Source of the DNA: Acidobacteriota bacterium
Lineage (GTDB): Bacteria; Zixibacteria; MSB-5A5; GN15; FEB-12
Length of the DNA stretch: 64,000 nucleotides
Direction of reading: 5' to 3'
Assembly: GCA_035529075.1 (NCBI GenBank)
Contig: DATKXK010000005.1
Coordinates: 68,981 to 132,980, forward strand
The number at the start of each line of letters is the position of its first letter. Position 1 is the stretch's first letter. A model generated the notes under the pieces. The model was not told where the DNA came from. It saw only the letters and a program-made list of their open reading frames with translations, and did no database searches. Positions 36,687-44,559 of the stretch are shown here, piece after piece. The translations under genes and the position numbers were made by a program.

Positions 36687-39308
36687 GAACGTCGTCGGCA
36701 GTTGCCGATCTTCGCCCGCGCCGGACGGGTGAAGGGTAAGGTCGTAATTGTTGGTGTCCACCACCACCACTTCCGTCAGTGTGAAATCACCCCTGACGCG
36801 GATGACCTCGTAACTGCCGGCCGGCACGCGACGTGACCCTTTGCGGTCAAAGAGGCCGACCGTGACCGTTTCCTCAGACCGCCACACTGCCATCGCTACC
36901 CCGTCCTCGATCAGGTTGACCGGCGCTGCATCGGAGTTCCCCACCAGTTCGAGCTGTAGGGCGCGCAGGTTATACGGCGTACTGAGCGAGACAGTGGTCA
37001 CGCCGTCGTTGAAACTGAGACTGATCTCCACATCGGCCGCCAGCCGCTCGGCCGCCGGCTTCGGGTACATACCGCCGCAGTTGGCACATGGTTCAGGGCC
37101 GCTCGAGTACAGGTAATCGATCAGGTAACACAGATCGCTGACGTTGACCTTGGTGTCACAGTTGACGTCTCCGGAAATCCACGGCACGGGCGCCGGACCG
37201 CCGGAGTAAAGGTAGTCGTGCAGGTACTGCTCGTCCATCGAATCGACAAAACCGCTGTAGTCGACGTCGCCGCAGATGCCCTCGACGATGACCTCCTGGG
37301 TTTCGACGTTTTGACCCCACGGGTAGTGAGCCGTGCAAGTGATGTAGTATGTGCCCCAGTCAGTGTAAGCGTGTACGGGAGCTAACGAAGTATCGGCCGG
37401 AGTGCCATCTCCGAAATCCCACACCAGGAAGTCCCAGGGGTACGTGTCAAGGACTTGCCAGGTCACCGGATCAAGGTTCACATGTGCCGGGTAGTGTGTG
37501 CCATACTGATCTACGCATAGTATGTCCCCGTCCTTCATGAACACTAACGTGGCGTGCGGGCCGAGCCAGTGATCAGCATAAGCGCTGCAGATTGTTCCCG
37601 CGTTTGGCGTGCTGTCTGACAAATCGCCGTTGTCATCATCGGCCAGAAGGAGTGACCGCACCGCCTGTGCCGGTGTTGATATGTCATACGCACTCGAGTA
37701 GAAAACGAGGCTGTCGGTATAGCCGGAACCAAGTGCGGATCGAATCTGCCACCACGAGCCGGACTGCGTACCGCCCAGTTTGTGGTGGTCCGTTTGCACT
37801 CCGCACCAGTTCGGCACGTAGTAGCTATAGTCAAAAACAGGGGTAGTGTTCCGCAGATCAGAAGCGAAATAGTCGGCTTGCCCTTCGTTCCACCAGGTGG
37901 GTAGCGAGCCAAAACGCAAAAGGATGCTGTGATATGCGACCTGATGAGCCATCTCATGGTAGATGACATAGGTGTTGTACCCGCTGTAGGTGTCAATTCC
38001 TATTTCACCGGGAACAAAGTAGCCGGCCCAGCCACCGGTGAGATGTGCTTTTACGGCTACTCTTTCAAAGGCAAGGTCCTCTCCCAGCCAGTCGGCGTAC
38101 CAGGTGTGCATCTTTTTGAGGTGGTAGGCTATGTTCAGGTCTTTATAGTACTCCGGGTGGTCCAGCAGAAGCTGCGTCTCAGTCCAGTCAAAATCGAGAG
38201 TAAAGGAAAGGCTATCCACTATGTTAAATGTATCGGAAACGGCAAACGGTCGGACAAAGTTACCACTGCCGTCGTCCACGAGCGTTAGGCACACGTCATT
38301 GCCCATAAAGTACTTGAAATAGTACTCGTCAACGCCGACTTTACTGGTATAGTGGTAGTAGCCTGTATCATTCGAGAACAACTCCCCCGTCTCCGTAAAC
38401 GAGCCCCCCAGACTGCCGAGTGCCGCTAGAGGAGGTACGCCTGGTGTGCCTGGTTCGTATCCGACCCGATAGGAAGCGGCTGCAAAAGAACCGAACGTGA
38501 ATGGATCAGACTCGTCCATTTCCTTCCACGCACCGGATATATGACCATCAATGTCACCGTTGAATCGCAGAAGTACATCCTGCTGCTTCACTATCTCGCC
38601 CGATCCTGCATCCACGTAGGCCAAATGTGCCCCGATCGGCTCACCCGTGTTGACCAGAAACCGGTATGTCAGATGTACTTTTCCGTCCGCGGCTTCGGTA
38701 TAGGCAATGTCTTCAAACTGCACACGCTCCGGCCGGTATGAACGGAACTCGCTCTCAATTGCCTGTGTTGCTTGGTCTCTTGTCCACAGTATGTGAGGCT
38801 GCACAACGCTGAGGTCGAGCAACTCGACGGTTAGGAAGCTGAGCCTGCCCCGTGCATCAAGCACGCAGTGGATGCCGGCGTTTTCGCCGCAATATCCGTC
38901 CCTCGTCTGGGAAAAGTCTACCCGGGTCAGTTCCCCGAAACTGATAACGGTCGGCTCGTTGAGGTTCCAGCGTTCAAAGTCAATAAAGCTCGAGACCAGT
39001 GTTTGTACGGCGTTTCCTCTATCCGATGAATCACCTGTGAGTTCGATGGGCTTTCCGGTTGCCGTAAAGGAAATGTGCCGAGATGGATTTCTCTTGACGG
39101 TCCACCCGTCCAGGCCTCTCTCGAGCGCCTTCTCAAGCTCGCATTGAATTTCTCCACGGTACTCGGTTAGACCCGGTGAGATCAGCCCCATGGCCTCGGG
39201 CTCGCCGGTTGAAGCGGACTGGTCGGCCGGGTAATAGGCAGACACCTGAGCGCAAAGAAGACCCAGGACAATCAGCATTGCCAACAGTGTTCGATGTGTT
39301 TGTGACAT
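36432..39308 (-). CDS. Secreted HExxH zinc metalloprotease with PKD domain, dockerin-like pair and T9SS C-terminal sorting domain
   Basis: Signal peptide. VIYHEMAHQVAYH (HExxH), WDFGDGTPADTS (PKD), GDVDYSGFVD...GDVNCDTKVNVSDLCYLIDYLYS (dockerin-like). C-terminus is LEQNHPNPFNP...GVYLYRLEAGDFVQTKKMVLLK. Confidence 0.85.
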   Translation of the reverse strand: MSQTHRTLLAMLIVLGLLCAQVSAYYPADQSASTGEPEAMGLISPGLTEYRGEIQCELEKALERGLDGWTVKRNPSRHISFTATGKPIELTGDSSDRGNAVQTLVSSFIDFERWNLNEPTVISFGELTRVDFSQTRDGYCGENAGIHCVLDARGRLSFLTVELLDLSVVQPHILWTRDQATQAIESEFRSYRPERVQFEDIAYTEAADGKVHLTYRFLVNTGEPIGAHLAYVDAGSGEIVKQQDVLLRFNGDIDGHISGAWKEMDESDPFTFGSFAAASYRVGYEPGTPGVPPLAALGSLGGSFTETGELFSNDTGYYHYTSKVGVDEYYFKYFMGNDVCLTLVDDGSGNFVRPFAVSDTFNIVDSLSFTLDFDWTETQLLLDHPEYYKDLNIAYHLKKMHTWYADWLGEDLAFERVAVKAHLTGGWAGYFVPGEIGIDTYSGYNTYVIYHEMAHQVAYHSILLRFGSLPTWWNEGQADYFASDLRNTTPVFDYSYYVPNWCGVQTDHHKLGGTQSGSWWQIRSALGSGYTDSLVFYSSAYDISTPAQAVRSLLLADDDNGDLSDSTPNAGTICSAYADHWLGPHATLVFMKDGDILCVDQYGTHYPAHVNLDPVTWQVLDTYPWDFLVWDFGDGTPADTSLAPVHAYTDWGTYYITCTAHYPWGQNVETQEVIVEGICGDVDYSGFVDSMDEQYLHDYLYSGGPAPVPWISGDVNCDTKVNVSDLCYLIDYLYSSGPEPCANCGGMYPKPAAERLAADVEISLSFNDGVTTVSLSTPYNLRALQLELVGNSDAAPVNLIEDGVAMAVWRSEETVTVGLFDRKGSRRVPAGSYEVIRVRGDFTLTEVVVVDTNNYDLTLHPSGAGEDRQLPTTFALEQNHPNPFNPTTNVSFGLPVASEVRLRVYNTLGQQVATLVDGRLEAGVHTVAWDASHVASGVYLYRLEAGDFVQTKKMVLLK

Positions 39309-39488
39309 AATGCCTCCCTTGGGCCTGCCGCCGCCGCATCATGAATGCCAGAAACAGCAAAGCCCGTGTGTACGCAGACCCTTCTTGTGTTACTTACCGC
39401 GCGGTAGTTAGCCACACTCTTTATTTGGCGGGAGCCGGTATTCTTACAGCACCCCTGAGAGGTAATTCCGTTTTGCGGCCCGTGATGA

Positions 39489-39518
39489 TTGACAAACCTG
39501 TACGTTGAGCACTATTTT
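39489..39518 (+). promoter_or_regulatory. Candidate promoter of the ECF sigma operon
   Basis: TTGACA-18 nt-TATTTT, ending 8 nt before the ATG at 39527 (nearly leaderless). Motif match only. Confidence 0.25.
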
Positions 39519-39526
39519 AGCGGCAG

Positions 39527-40090
39527 ATGTCTCAGCCCGCTGACAGCCGGCGCACCCTGGATGAACTCCTCGACAAGGCGAGACAGGGCGACAAATCCGC
39601 GGAAGACCAATTACTTCGATACCTGCGTGTTAGATTCGTTCTGCTTGCCAAAAGAAGAATAGGGGAGGAGTACGCGGAGGATCTGGCCCAGGAGGCCTGC
39701 GTCACCGTCTTGCAGAAGTACCGGGACGTGCCGCCTGCGGGCGCGTTTGAGCCCTGGGCATATGGCGTGCTGCGAAACAAGATAGGCAACTATCTGCAAA
39801 GCAGCGCCGTGCGAAGGGAAACGGACCTCCGCAACGGACGGATGAACGGCCTCGTCGGCCGGCCGTCGGTCGCCTCCGACCCGGTCCTGAAGCTCAGGCT
39901 TCTGGATTGTATCAGAAAGATCGTGAAGCAGCACCCGCGGTACGCGAGAGTTCTCAACCTCGTTTACCAGGGCTACAGCACCACGGAGATTTGCCGCCGG
40001 CTGAAGGTCAGCCCCGGCCACTGCTATGTTCTGCTGAACCGGGGTCGAAAGATGCTGAGCAAATGCCTGGAAGCAGAGGGGAACAAATGA
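39527..40090 (+). CDS. ECF-type RNA polymerase sigma-70 family factor
   Basis: Region 2-like DLAQEACVTVLQKY..PWAYGVLRNK. Region 4 HTH GYSTTEICRRLKVSPGHCYVLLNRGRKML. 187 aa. Confidence 0.9.
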   Translation: MSQPADSRRTLDELLDKARQGDKSAEDQLLRYLRVRFVLLAKRRIGEEYAEDLAQEACVTVLQKYRDVPPAGAFEPWAYGVLRNKIGNYLQSSAVRRETDLRNGRMNGLVGRPSVASDPVLKLRLLDCIRKIVKQHPRYARVLNLVYQGYSTTEICRRLKVSPGHCYVLLNRGRKMLSKCLEAEGNK

Positions 40091-40776
40091 CTGCTGATAA
40101 GTGCACAGATCCTGAGGCCGGAGCCCTTGTGCATGCATGGGAACTGGGCGCGCTGCCGGACGAGGATGCGGAACGCTTTGAAATCCACCTGCTGCGCTGT
40201 CCGAGCTGCTTCGCAACGGTACAAAGATTCGAACGGCAGGCGACGCTGCTGCGCGAGGACGCCGATATACGCAGCCAGGTTCAGAGCGCCGTCGTCGGAG
40301 AAACGGGGCAGGCATCCGTTGCCCGTAGGCTCCGGGACTACCTGTGGCCCGGCACGCCGCTGGTGTTCAGGCCGGCGCTGGCGCTGGTGGTAATCATGCT
40401 GCTGATCTACCCGGCCTACCGCGGGATACAGCGTCTGGCCGGCGGCGACATCGAGGAAGTCCAGATGATCCACCTCTTCCCGTCGCGCGCCGCTTCGGAT
40501 GCCGTGTTCCGGGCGGGTCCGGGCACGGACGGTGTCATTTCGTTCGTCTTTCGCGGTGCCGTCCCGGGCCAGAGCTACCGGGTGACAGTGGCAATGGAAG
40601 ACGGTGCGGTCCTGTGGCGGGACAACTCGTATGCCTCTTTCGATGAATATGAGACCGGTCGGTTGCTGCTGCCTGCTTCCCTCATGCAGCCGGGGCGATA
40701 CGAAGTGCGAATAACCGATCCGGACGGCTCGCCGCCGGCCAACGAGCAGACATACACGTTCACAATAGAGCCGTGA
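40087..40776 (+). CDS. zf-HC2 anti-sigma factor, single-pass, with ~120-aa extracytoplasmic domain
   Basis: ATGA overlap with the sigma stop. MTADKCTDPEAGALVHAWELGALPDEDAERFEIHLLRCPSCF (H-x3-C-x2-C). TM segment LVFRPALALVVIMLLIYPAY. The track ORF start at 39907 overlaps sigma and is rejected. Confidence 0.8.
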   Translation: MTADKCTDPEAGALVHAWELGALPDEDAERFEIHLLRCPSCFATVQRFERQATLLREDADIRSQVQSAVVGETGQASVARRLRDYLWPGTPLVFRPALALVVIMLLIYPAYRGIQRLAGGDIEEVQMIHLFPSRAASDAVFRAGPGTDGVISFVFRGAVPGQSYRVTVAMEDGAVLWRDNSYASFDEYETGRLLLPASLMQPGRYEVRITDPDGSPPANEQTYTFTIEP

Positions 40777-40840
40777 CCACGAGGGCACAGAGCGGCTGGT
40801 AATCATCACGCACTACGCCGACGGTAGATGGAAAGGCATC

Positions 40841-43800
40841 ATGGCAATGAAAATTATTCCGAGCCTGCTGCTGTCGGCCGTTGCCTGGCTTTGCGTAGGC
40901 GACCTGCCAACGGCGCAGGAGTCATCCGACGGCAACCTGAAGGCGGCCGAGGCAGGCCGACTTCTCGTCCGGGCTGACTCGCTCAAGGAAAACCGACAAC
41001 TCGATTCCGCCCTTGTCGTGTATCAGTCGGCCGTTGCACAGGCGAGGGAGGCCGGGGCGGAGAATGACTCGACCGTCGTTCAATGTCTGGACGGTCTGGC
41101 GAGCTGCTATTATAAACTGTCGGAATACGAGAGGTGCGATTCGCTGTATCGCCAAGCCTGCTCGATTCGGGTGGTCGTTTTCGGACCGTCCAGCCTCGAA
41201 GTCGCTCGTTCCCTTTTCGACGTGGGCGAGGTTGAGGCAGTACTGGGGCGGTATGAAGAGTCAGTCTCCCTGTTAAACCAGTCTCTGGAACTTCAGGAAC
41301 TTCACCTGGGCCCGTCCCACATCGAACTCGAACCGTGCCTCCGGGAACTCGGCAACGCGCTTTCGATGCTTGGCCGCCTGCCGGAGGCGGAAACGGCGCT
41401 TAAGCGGGCTATTGCCATCGTGGAACAGACAAGGGGGCCTGACGATGTGGCGGTTGTTTCGAATCTTAACTACCTCGGCAACCTCTACGTCAAGCAGTCT
41501 CGTTTTGTCGAAGCAGAACCACTCTTCAAGCGAGCGATCACGCTGGTGGAGAAACAATTGGGCCGTGACCACCCGAAACTGTCCACGGTCCGTTTTTATC
41601 TCGCCGACCTGTACATGTCGCAGCATCGCGATAATGAAGCGGAGCCGCTGCTCAAACAGGCCCTGGCTGTTCAGGAGAGAACGTACGGGCCGGAGGATGA
41701 CCAGGTGGCGCCGTATCTGGCCAGCCTGGCGGTCGTCTACTGGAGGCAGGGACGGTTTGAGGAAGCGGTGCCGCACATGAAACGTGCCCAGCGAATATTC
41801 GAGAGCGTGTATGGTCCCGACCATCCCGTCGTGGCCAGCGTGCTGAACAACCTCGGTACTATTCTGATCGGTCAGGGCAACCTTGCCGAGGCCGAGCGCA
41901 GCTTCGAACGTGCCTTGGAGATTTGGAGCAAAGTGGCTCACGACGTTGCCCGGCGAATTACGACCCTGCACAATCTTGCGGTCGTGTATTTCATGCAGGA
42001 CAAGTACGATCAGGCGGAAGACCTGTGGGCGCAGGTCCTCGCTCACCGCACGGAACTCCTGGGGGCCGATCATCCGGAGGTCGGCATGGTCCGGCTCAGC
42101 CTGGGACGGCTGTTTGAGGAACAGGGCCGGTACGAGGACGCCGAGCGCGAGTTCGGGCAAGCCCGGACGATCTTTGCCGAGCAATGGGGACCCGGCAGCC
42201 TGGGCGTCTCGGCATGCCTGCACGGTCTGAGCGACGTTTATGCGGCCACCGGCCGGTACGCTCAGGCCGAAGAATTCACGGCCGACGCGTTGTCGCTGGA
42301 GAGTAAGGAACTCCGCACCGGTCACCCCTCGCTCAATCGTGGGTTGCATCTGATGGCGGTGATTCATGGATCCCTGGGAGAGTACGAGTCGAGCCGTGCG
42401 AACATGTGCGAATTGCTTGACGCCAGGCACCGCTTTATCGCCCATGTTTTCTCGTACGCCTCGGAAGAGCAAAAGCTCAGATACGTCGATCAGCAGCCGC
42501 TTGTCGATGAGGTGATGCTTTCGCTGGCTCTCATCGATGGTTCCGAAGAGACCCGATCCGCCGCGCTTGAAATGCTGGTGAAAGGCAAAGGTGTCATCAT
42601 TGATGCCATGTCCGCCGAAAATGCGATCATTTCCTGTAAGCCGGGCAGCGAACTGGGGCAGACGGCAGAGCAGTATTCGTTTCTGTGCAAGATGATATCC
42701 ACGCTGGCCATGTCCGGACGCGAGAGTATGGTGTCGCAGCAGACGGCGGACCGGCTGAAGACTCTGTCTCAGGCCAGGGATTCGATCGAAGCGGAGCTCA
42801 GTTTGAGCTGTCTTGAATTCAAGGACGAACTGGACCGGGGTAATTTCTCGCTGCAGAACGTACTCGAGGCGCTGCCCCCGGGCAGCGTCTACCTGGACTA
42901 TGCGCGATTTCGCCCGGTTGACTTCTCGAAGGTCGGCTCATATCAACAAAAACTGGGATCGTCCCGCTATCTCGCCTTTACGCTCGATCACGACGGCCAT
43001 AGCACCCTGCACGACCTCGGCGATGCGAACCAGATCGACAGCTTGGTCAGGAGTTGCCGCCGGCTGATCTACAATGCAGGGGCCGAGTTGCATTCGCCGC
43101 TGGCGGACGTCGCCGAAGAACGGCTTCGAGAAGTCACCGACCGGCTGTATGAAAGGTTGTTTCTCCCGCTGGTCGAGGAGCTCGGTGGCAGGGAAAGCCT
43201 TTTTGTCTCGACTGACGGCCTGCTTACTCTTCTGCCCTTCGAAATCCTGTCGTGTCCGGACCGGTCGTTTCTGATAGAGAACTACCGAATATGCTATCTT
43301 TCGTCAGGACGGGATATCCTTCGATTCGTGGAAGGTCCGGTGTTGGCCGGTGAGGCCGCTGTTTTTGCCGACCCGGATTTTGATAACGCCGGTGTCTCCG
43401 CCGCCAACGTCGCCGAGGTGACGCAGTTCGGCTCGGATTCGGTGTCGGGCACGCAATGGTATGCCGCGCGCGCAGGCGACTGCCCGGCTGTCGGCTTTGA
43501 CCGTCTGGCCCGAAGCCGCTCCGAGGCGGCGTCGATTGTCGGCATCCTCAGGCAAGCGGGGAAGGTGAGGGTCGGCGAATACTACGGTACCGAGGCTCTG
43601 GAAGATGTCTTGAAATCCATGGCTGCTCCGCCGCGCGTTCTGCATCTGGCGACGCACGGCTTTTTTTGCCCGATGTCGGACACGTCCGAATCTCTCGTTG
43701 CCGGCAACCCGTTGCTTCGGTGCGGCCTGGCCTTCGCCGGAGCCAATAGGGCCGGCTTTCCTGCCGGGGACAACGCTCCGGGGGCGGAAGACGGTATCCT

Positions 43801-44149
43801 GACCGGCCTGGAGGCCGCCGGCCTTGATCTGGTCGGAACGGAACTGGTGACCCTGGCCGCGTGCGAAACGGGCCTGGGCGAACTGGTGGATGGAGAGGGC
43901 GTCTTCGGTCTGCGCCGGGCTTTCCAGCGTGCCGGGGCGCAGACTATCGTGATGAGCCTGTGGAAAGTCCCCGATCAGGAAACAGCCGAATTGATGGACG
44001 GTTTCTACCGACGGTGGTGCGGCGGGGCATCAAAGCTGGATGCGCTCCGCGAGTCAGCTCTTGACGTCCTTAACCGGTCACGGACCGAACGAGGACGCAG
44101 TCATCCGTTGCTCTGGGGCGGATTTATCCTGGCCGGCAACCCGTACTGA
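40841..44149 (+). CDS. Exported TPR-repeat / CHAT-domain (caspase-fold) protease
   Basis: N-terminal signal-like MAMKIIPSLLLSAVAWLCVGDLPTAQE. About 10 TPR_12-type units (LNNLGxxYxxQGRYxEAEPLxxRAL). CHAT His/Cys dyad in LHLATHGFF and LAACETGLG. Confidence 0.9.
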   Translation: MAMKIIPSLLLSAVAWLCVGDLPTAQESSDGNLKAAEAGRLLVRADSLKENRQLDSALVVYQSAVAQAREAGAENDSTVVQCLDGLASCYYKLSEYERCDSLYRQACSIRVVVFGPSSLEVARSLFDVGEVEAVLGRYEESVSLLNQSLELQELHLGPSHIELEPCLRELGNALSMLGRLPEAETALKRAIAIVEQTRGPDDVAVVSNLNYLGNLYVKQSRFVEAEPLFKRAITLVEKQLGRDHPKLSTVRFYLADLYMSQHRDNEAEPLLKQALAVQERTYGPEDDQVAPYLASLAVVYWRQGRFEEAVPHMKRAQRIFESVYGPDHPVVASVLNNLGTILIGQGNLAEAERSFERALEIWSKVAHDVARRITTLHNLAVVYFMQDKYDQAEDLWAQVLAHRTELLGADHPEVGMVRLSLGRLFEEQGRYEDAEREFGQARTIFAEQWGPGSLGVSACLHGLSDVYAATGRYAQAEEFTADALSLESKELRTGHPSLNRGLHLMAVIHGSLGEYESSRANMCELLDARHRFIAHVFSYASEEQKLRYVDQQPLVDEVMLSLALIDGSEETRSAALEMLVKGKGVIIDAMSAENAIISCKPGSELGQTAEQYSFLCKMISTLAMSGRESMVSQQTADRLKTLSQARDSIEAELSLSCLEFKDELDRGNFSLQNVLEALPPGSVYLDYARFRPVDFSKVGSYQQKLGSSRYLAFTLDHDGHSTLHDLGDANQIDSLVRSCRRLIYNAGAELHSPLADVAEERLREVTDRLYERLFLPLVEELGGRESLFVSTDGLLTLLPFEILSCPDRSFLIENYRICYLSSGRDILRFVEGPVLAGEAAVFADPDFDNAGVSAANVAEVTQFGSDSVSGTQWYAARAGDCPAVGFDRLARSRSEAASIVGILRQAGKVRVGEYYGTEALEDVLKSMAAPPRVLHLATHGFFCPMSDTSESLVAGNPLLRCGLAFAGANRAGFPAGDNAPGAEDGILTGLEAAGLDLVGTELVTLAACETGLGELVDGEGVFGLRRAFQRAGAQTIVMSLWKVPDQETAELMDGFYRRWCGGASKLDALRESALDVLNRSRTERGRSHPLLWGGFILAGNPY

Positions 44150-44315
44150 GATCGGCACTTTCGGGCCGGATGGTTGCAGAGATGTGCCGTGACAGGCCGG
44201 ACTTCGCCTGAGGACTTTCGGGTTCGCCGGGGGCGCATCAAGTGGAAGGCGGTGCACCGGGAGCCGCCGGCAGGCCTTCAAACTGCGGGGTCATCCTCTC
44301 GACAAACCCGTCGGA
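43988..44315. repeat. Direct repeat copy A (~325 bp): CHAT 3' end + spacer + diverged apbE 3' fragment
   Basis: 43988-44248 matches 47088-47348 with 2 mismatches (44021, 44143). 44249-44315 matches 47349-47415 at only ~80%. The offset is exactly 3100 bp. Confidence 0.92.
44238..44315 (-). pseudogene. Remnant of an apbE 3' end (last ~25 codons)
   Basis: Minus strand reads (S)DGFVERMTPQFEGLPAAPGAPPST*, compared with the intact apbE end PDGFVERMTPQFESLLAAPAVPSST*. There is no upstream coding continuation. Confidence 0.75.
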
Positions 44316-44325
44316 AGAGTTCGTT

Positions 44326-44559
44326 TTATTTCAGCAGCACTGTTTTCTGTGTCTGAGCGAAATCCCCGGCCTCGAGCCGGTAGAGGTGTACGAACCCACT
44401 GGCGTTGTGTTCGGGCTTATTCTTCGGTACTGGTGAGCCGTTCAGACTGTGCGACATTCCAAAGAAGCGGCCGGGCCCCGATGCCTGCAAACCCGCCTGC
44501 AATAATCGGGCTCTTCGTGAATATCCAGCCAGCCAGAGTTGCCAGCGCAACCGGCGCCT
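44326..44559 (-). pseudogene. Degenerate T9SS sorting-domain remnant, in frame with and directly downstream of the Kelch/TolB gene stop
   Basis: The last residues ...NASGFVHLYRLEAGDFAQTQKTVLLK* parallel the CTD end of the 36432 gene (ASGVYLYRLEAGDFVQTKKMVLLK*). The upstream two-thirds of a CTD is not recognisable. It shares the frame of 44560-46860, separated by the TAG at 44560-44562. Confidence 0.45.

Noticed and set aside
39907-40086. N-terminal extensions suggested by the ORF track. Examples: 39907 for the anti-sigma, 32068 for DmpA, 51028 for rnfD, 26344 for M16, 29126 for the radical SAM gene, 59940 for the TPR-like gene, and 46917/62193/62415 for others.
   Set aside because: Each extension overlaps the preceding gene or lacks signal-peptide or SD logic. 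Internal starts with SD motifs, signal peptides or start/stop coupling explain the loci better.
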